Shown here one piece after another: positions 47,322-50,411 of a DNA stretch of 50,411 nt. This DNA is from Octopus bimaculoides (Eukaryota), in contig NC_068987.1 of the NCBI RefSeq assembly GCF_001194135.2, forward strand, positions 25,413,794 to 25,464,204. Reading direction: 5' to 3'. Position numbers and translations under genes: made by a program. The notes beneath the pieces were generated by a model. The model saw only the letters and a list, made by a program, of their open reading frames with translations. It was not told where the DNA came from and made no database searches. Every line of letters starts with the position of its first letter. Position 1 is the stretch's first letter.

Positions 47322-48569
47322 AAAGCGTATAATTACTTATCTTTCAGTCTAAATTAAAACCTTGAATTTAAAAAGAAATAACCAGTTGACCATTTTTTCA
47401 TAAAAGTTTTGGAACTCACTTGAAGAAATTCTTTGTATGGATTTCATAAATGCGTGGGCAGATTATATTTTTAGCAGACACACAAAAGACGTCCTTATCT
47501 GTGTTTCAGCCATATACATACATTTGCTTTAAAATAGTTATCTTTCTATCTGCCATTTAGATATTTTTAAAACTGCTGCTTGGTAGTCGTATGGATTAAC
47601 ATGGTAGAGTTAACAACTATGAGAAAGATACTGATTCAGTTAGCAAATAACTAAAATGGAACAATTCGTCTAGAGATTTTGAGGTCAATTAGAACTTATA
47701 GCAGACTAGCTTTTGTGTCCTGCCCCAAACTTTGCAATACGCACCCATTTTCAATTTATATTAAAATCCGGAATCAGTGGAAACCGATGAATTCTTCTGC
47801 GATGACAACAAACAATTCAAAAGCAATTTGCTAGTTAACCCTTTGCCTATCCAATACATTTTCATTAGTTTGCCCTAAATGTTCATGCCTGTTTTCATAC
47901 GTTTCGAGTAATATAAATTTTTCCTTTTCTTAATTCCCAAGTTACTCTGGTGGCTAAAAAAAAAGGGAATGTGTATCATATATAATGCATGAACGCCAGG
48001 GAAACATGTTTTGTGTATCACATATGATATACAGAGCGGGCAAAGATTTAAAATAAATTCGGTTGCATTCGACACTAGAAACTAATATTTTATTGAGGAA
48101 GATAAAAGTTAGTTCTGCATGTTTATTTAATGCTGATGAGAGTACGTGGGACAAAGTTTTATATCCCCGATAAAGAACCTTGAGCTTAGATCTTTTTCAT
48201 TTCCCTACAGCAACTATATTTATTCTAATTACTACATTTCCTCAGACAAAGAACTGCTTGAGTCGTTACAGCGTCAGGTACAATGAACTACGCATATACT
48301 CCAGTCCCTGTACCCTGTGTTCAACTTCGCCTTTCATCCTTTTAGTGTTGATAAATTACCAGTCCTTGGGTGGTGGACTGGCGAAAGTGTTGTAGCGTAA
48401 TACAAAATAGCTCAGGGTATTTATTCTAGCCCTTTACATTCTGAGTCCGCCAGCGAAAACGCTGTTAATAAACTCCATTAGTCTTTACTTCCCCCTGGAT
48501 AACATGAACCTTTACGGAGCCGTTCGGTCTGCTAGAAATAGCAGTTAAATCTCTTTTAAATCGCATTCT

Positions 48570-49205
48570 ACTGTCCAGTTGACGACTCTACATAGCTCAA
48601 ACTGTACTCTCCTAGAATTTTTCAGTCGACATCTGGTTATTGTACTATAAATATTCTCTCAACGTATGTTGACATCTGTATGTACCCTTACTGTACTGTA
48701 CGGTCGACATTCGTACGTTACACTATCGTAGCTTTCCGGTTCATAAATGTCCTCATCTGCACATTTTTTAGTGTACGCTACAGTAGCTTTCCAGTTAACA
48801 TCTGTACATATCTATACAATTCTGTATCTGACCATTTGACATGTGTACATATCTCTACGGTACAGTAGCTGTCCAGTCAACGTATGTACAAATCTGTGCT
48901 GTCCAGTCTACATATATATACATCTGTACTGAACTGTACAGTAACTGTCCAGTTGACGTATGAAGACTTCTGTACTGAACTGTGCAGTAATTATCCAGTT
49001 GACGTATGTACTGGACTGTGCAATGGCTGTCCAGTCGACATATGTACACAACTGTACTGAACTGTACAATAGCTGCCCAGTCGATATGTATTTGTATTTC
49101 TACTTTACCATATTTTAACTGCCCTGTCAACGTTTGTAAAGATTTATACGTATCTCTACTGTACTGTACAGTAGCTGTACATACGACATCTGTACGTATA
49201 CAAAA
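48570..49205. repeat. Degenerate ~45-bp minisatellite (~CTGTCCAGTCGACGTATGTACACATCTGTACTGAACTGTACAGTAG)
   Basis: About 12-14 units, best conserved at 48860-49090. Confidence 0.88.
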
Positions 49206-49311
49206 GTTCTTCCTTATCAGTAACTTTGTTATTTCAACTATATTATCATTTTTTTCCATTCACCGTTCTTGAAACATCTGCTCCATGTGTATTTCTGATT
49301 GTGACTGTAGA

Positions 49312-49345
<34 letters not shown>

Positions 49346-49469
49346 TGTGCGCCTTTAATTTTTCTCTTCTCCAGTATTAAAAACAGTTTCTTTCTATATC
49401 ACCAGTAAAATTCCTTCTGCCAAAAGAGTTTTTTGAAAATCGGTATGAAAGATGAAAGACAAATTCTTA

Positions 49470-49506
<37 letters not shown>

Positions 49507-50372
49507 GTTGTTTTTGTTATTATTGTTATTATTTGCACTGAGTAGTCCGTTTTTCCTTTAAATTCAGGTTTATTTACTTTGATTTCCCTTCAAGCTATTT
49601 TGTATTTTACTATTTTTCTTGAAGAAAATATGTCGGTTATCTACTCTTCGCTGTTTTCTATTAAGAAGAAAAAAATATAATCATTAAAATATAAGAATTA
49701 CATGCAAAACATAAATATATACGAACGCACATATACATAAAGTATGTATGTATGTATGTGTATTGTACGTATCTATATGTATCTATATTTTTGTGATGTG
49801 TGTAGCAATCCTTAACCTTTTAGGAGTAGGTTAGCTAGTTATATAAGGTGAAAGGATATAAGTGAGAGCTATGTTGTCATTACTGCTTTAAGCAAGGAGC
49901 TTCATCTGAATCTAATGATGTAGTAATAAGAGCAAACGTTAATCAGAGAGTTAACCAACTGAAAAATTCTGGGCTAAAATATCTACGCACACACAAGCAC
50001 GCGCGCGCGCAGACACACATACACATGCACACACACGTTGTATATAAAGCATAAATTCGGGAGGTGAAGTGCGAGTGGTGAAAATAGATAGATTTTTTCC
50101 GTATGATTTCCATATGATAACAGCCGTTTCGTAACCTTCAAGTAATGTTATTAATTTCCGTATGCAAAGTTATATGTACGTGTCTACATCAATATGTATG
50201 CTCAGCATTATACAATGCAATTGTATAGTCATAAATTAGTTCAAATGAAGAATGCTAGCTCATCAAATCAGCGGAACTCTCTCTCTCTCTCTCTCTCTCA
50301 CTCATTCATACTCTCTCTTTTTTCCATCTCTTTCTGGGTCTGTTTATATATATGTGTGTTAGTAATTATCTA

Positions 50373-50411
<39 letters not shown>

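Noticed and set aside
47835-48200. piggyBac-like start TTAACCCTTT
   Set aside because: No matching AAAGGGTTAA end or transposase remnant found.
48855-49259. 134-aa ORF with internal repeats
   Set aside because: Translation of the minisatellite; repeat units shift between frames.

Overview
This is repeat-saturated, AT-rich eukaryotic non-coding DNA with 11 assembly gaps (~3.1 kb of N), mostly beside (TA)n/(CA)n microsatellites. The SINE families and microsatellite load look like an octopus (coleoid cephalopod) genome; that is an inference from pattern recognition, not a database hit. I found no protein-coding gene I can name, no intact tRNA/rRNA, no CRISPR array and no multi-gene system. Nearly all supplied ORFs are microsatellite, gap or transposon artefacts. 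Supported content: about 40 copies of several short retroposon families (my working labels A-F), LINE relics (an RTE-like 3' tail with a C2H2 finger, an RTE RT-end fragment, a CR1/L2/Jockey-group RT), a Tc1/mariner transposase relic, Penelope-like remnants, two degenerate minisatellites and several inverted repeats. A few short unique segments carry splice signals and may be exons of a large intron-rich gene, but strand and identity are unresolved. Most testable leads: a candidate terminal exon whose UAG stop is followed in frame by 74 hydrophobic codons (possible A-to-I stop recoding or readthrough), a tRNA-Gly-headed composite element with a foldback, and minisatellites apparently derived from a SINE segment. 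All are hypotheses.
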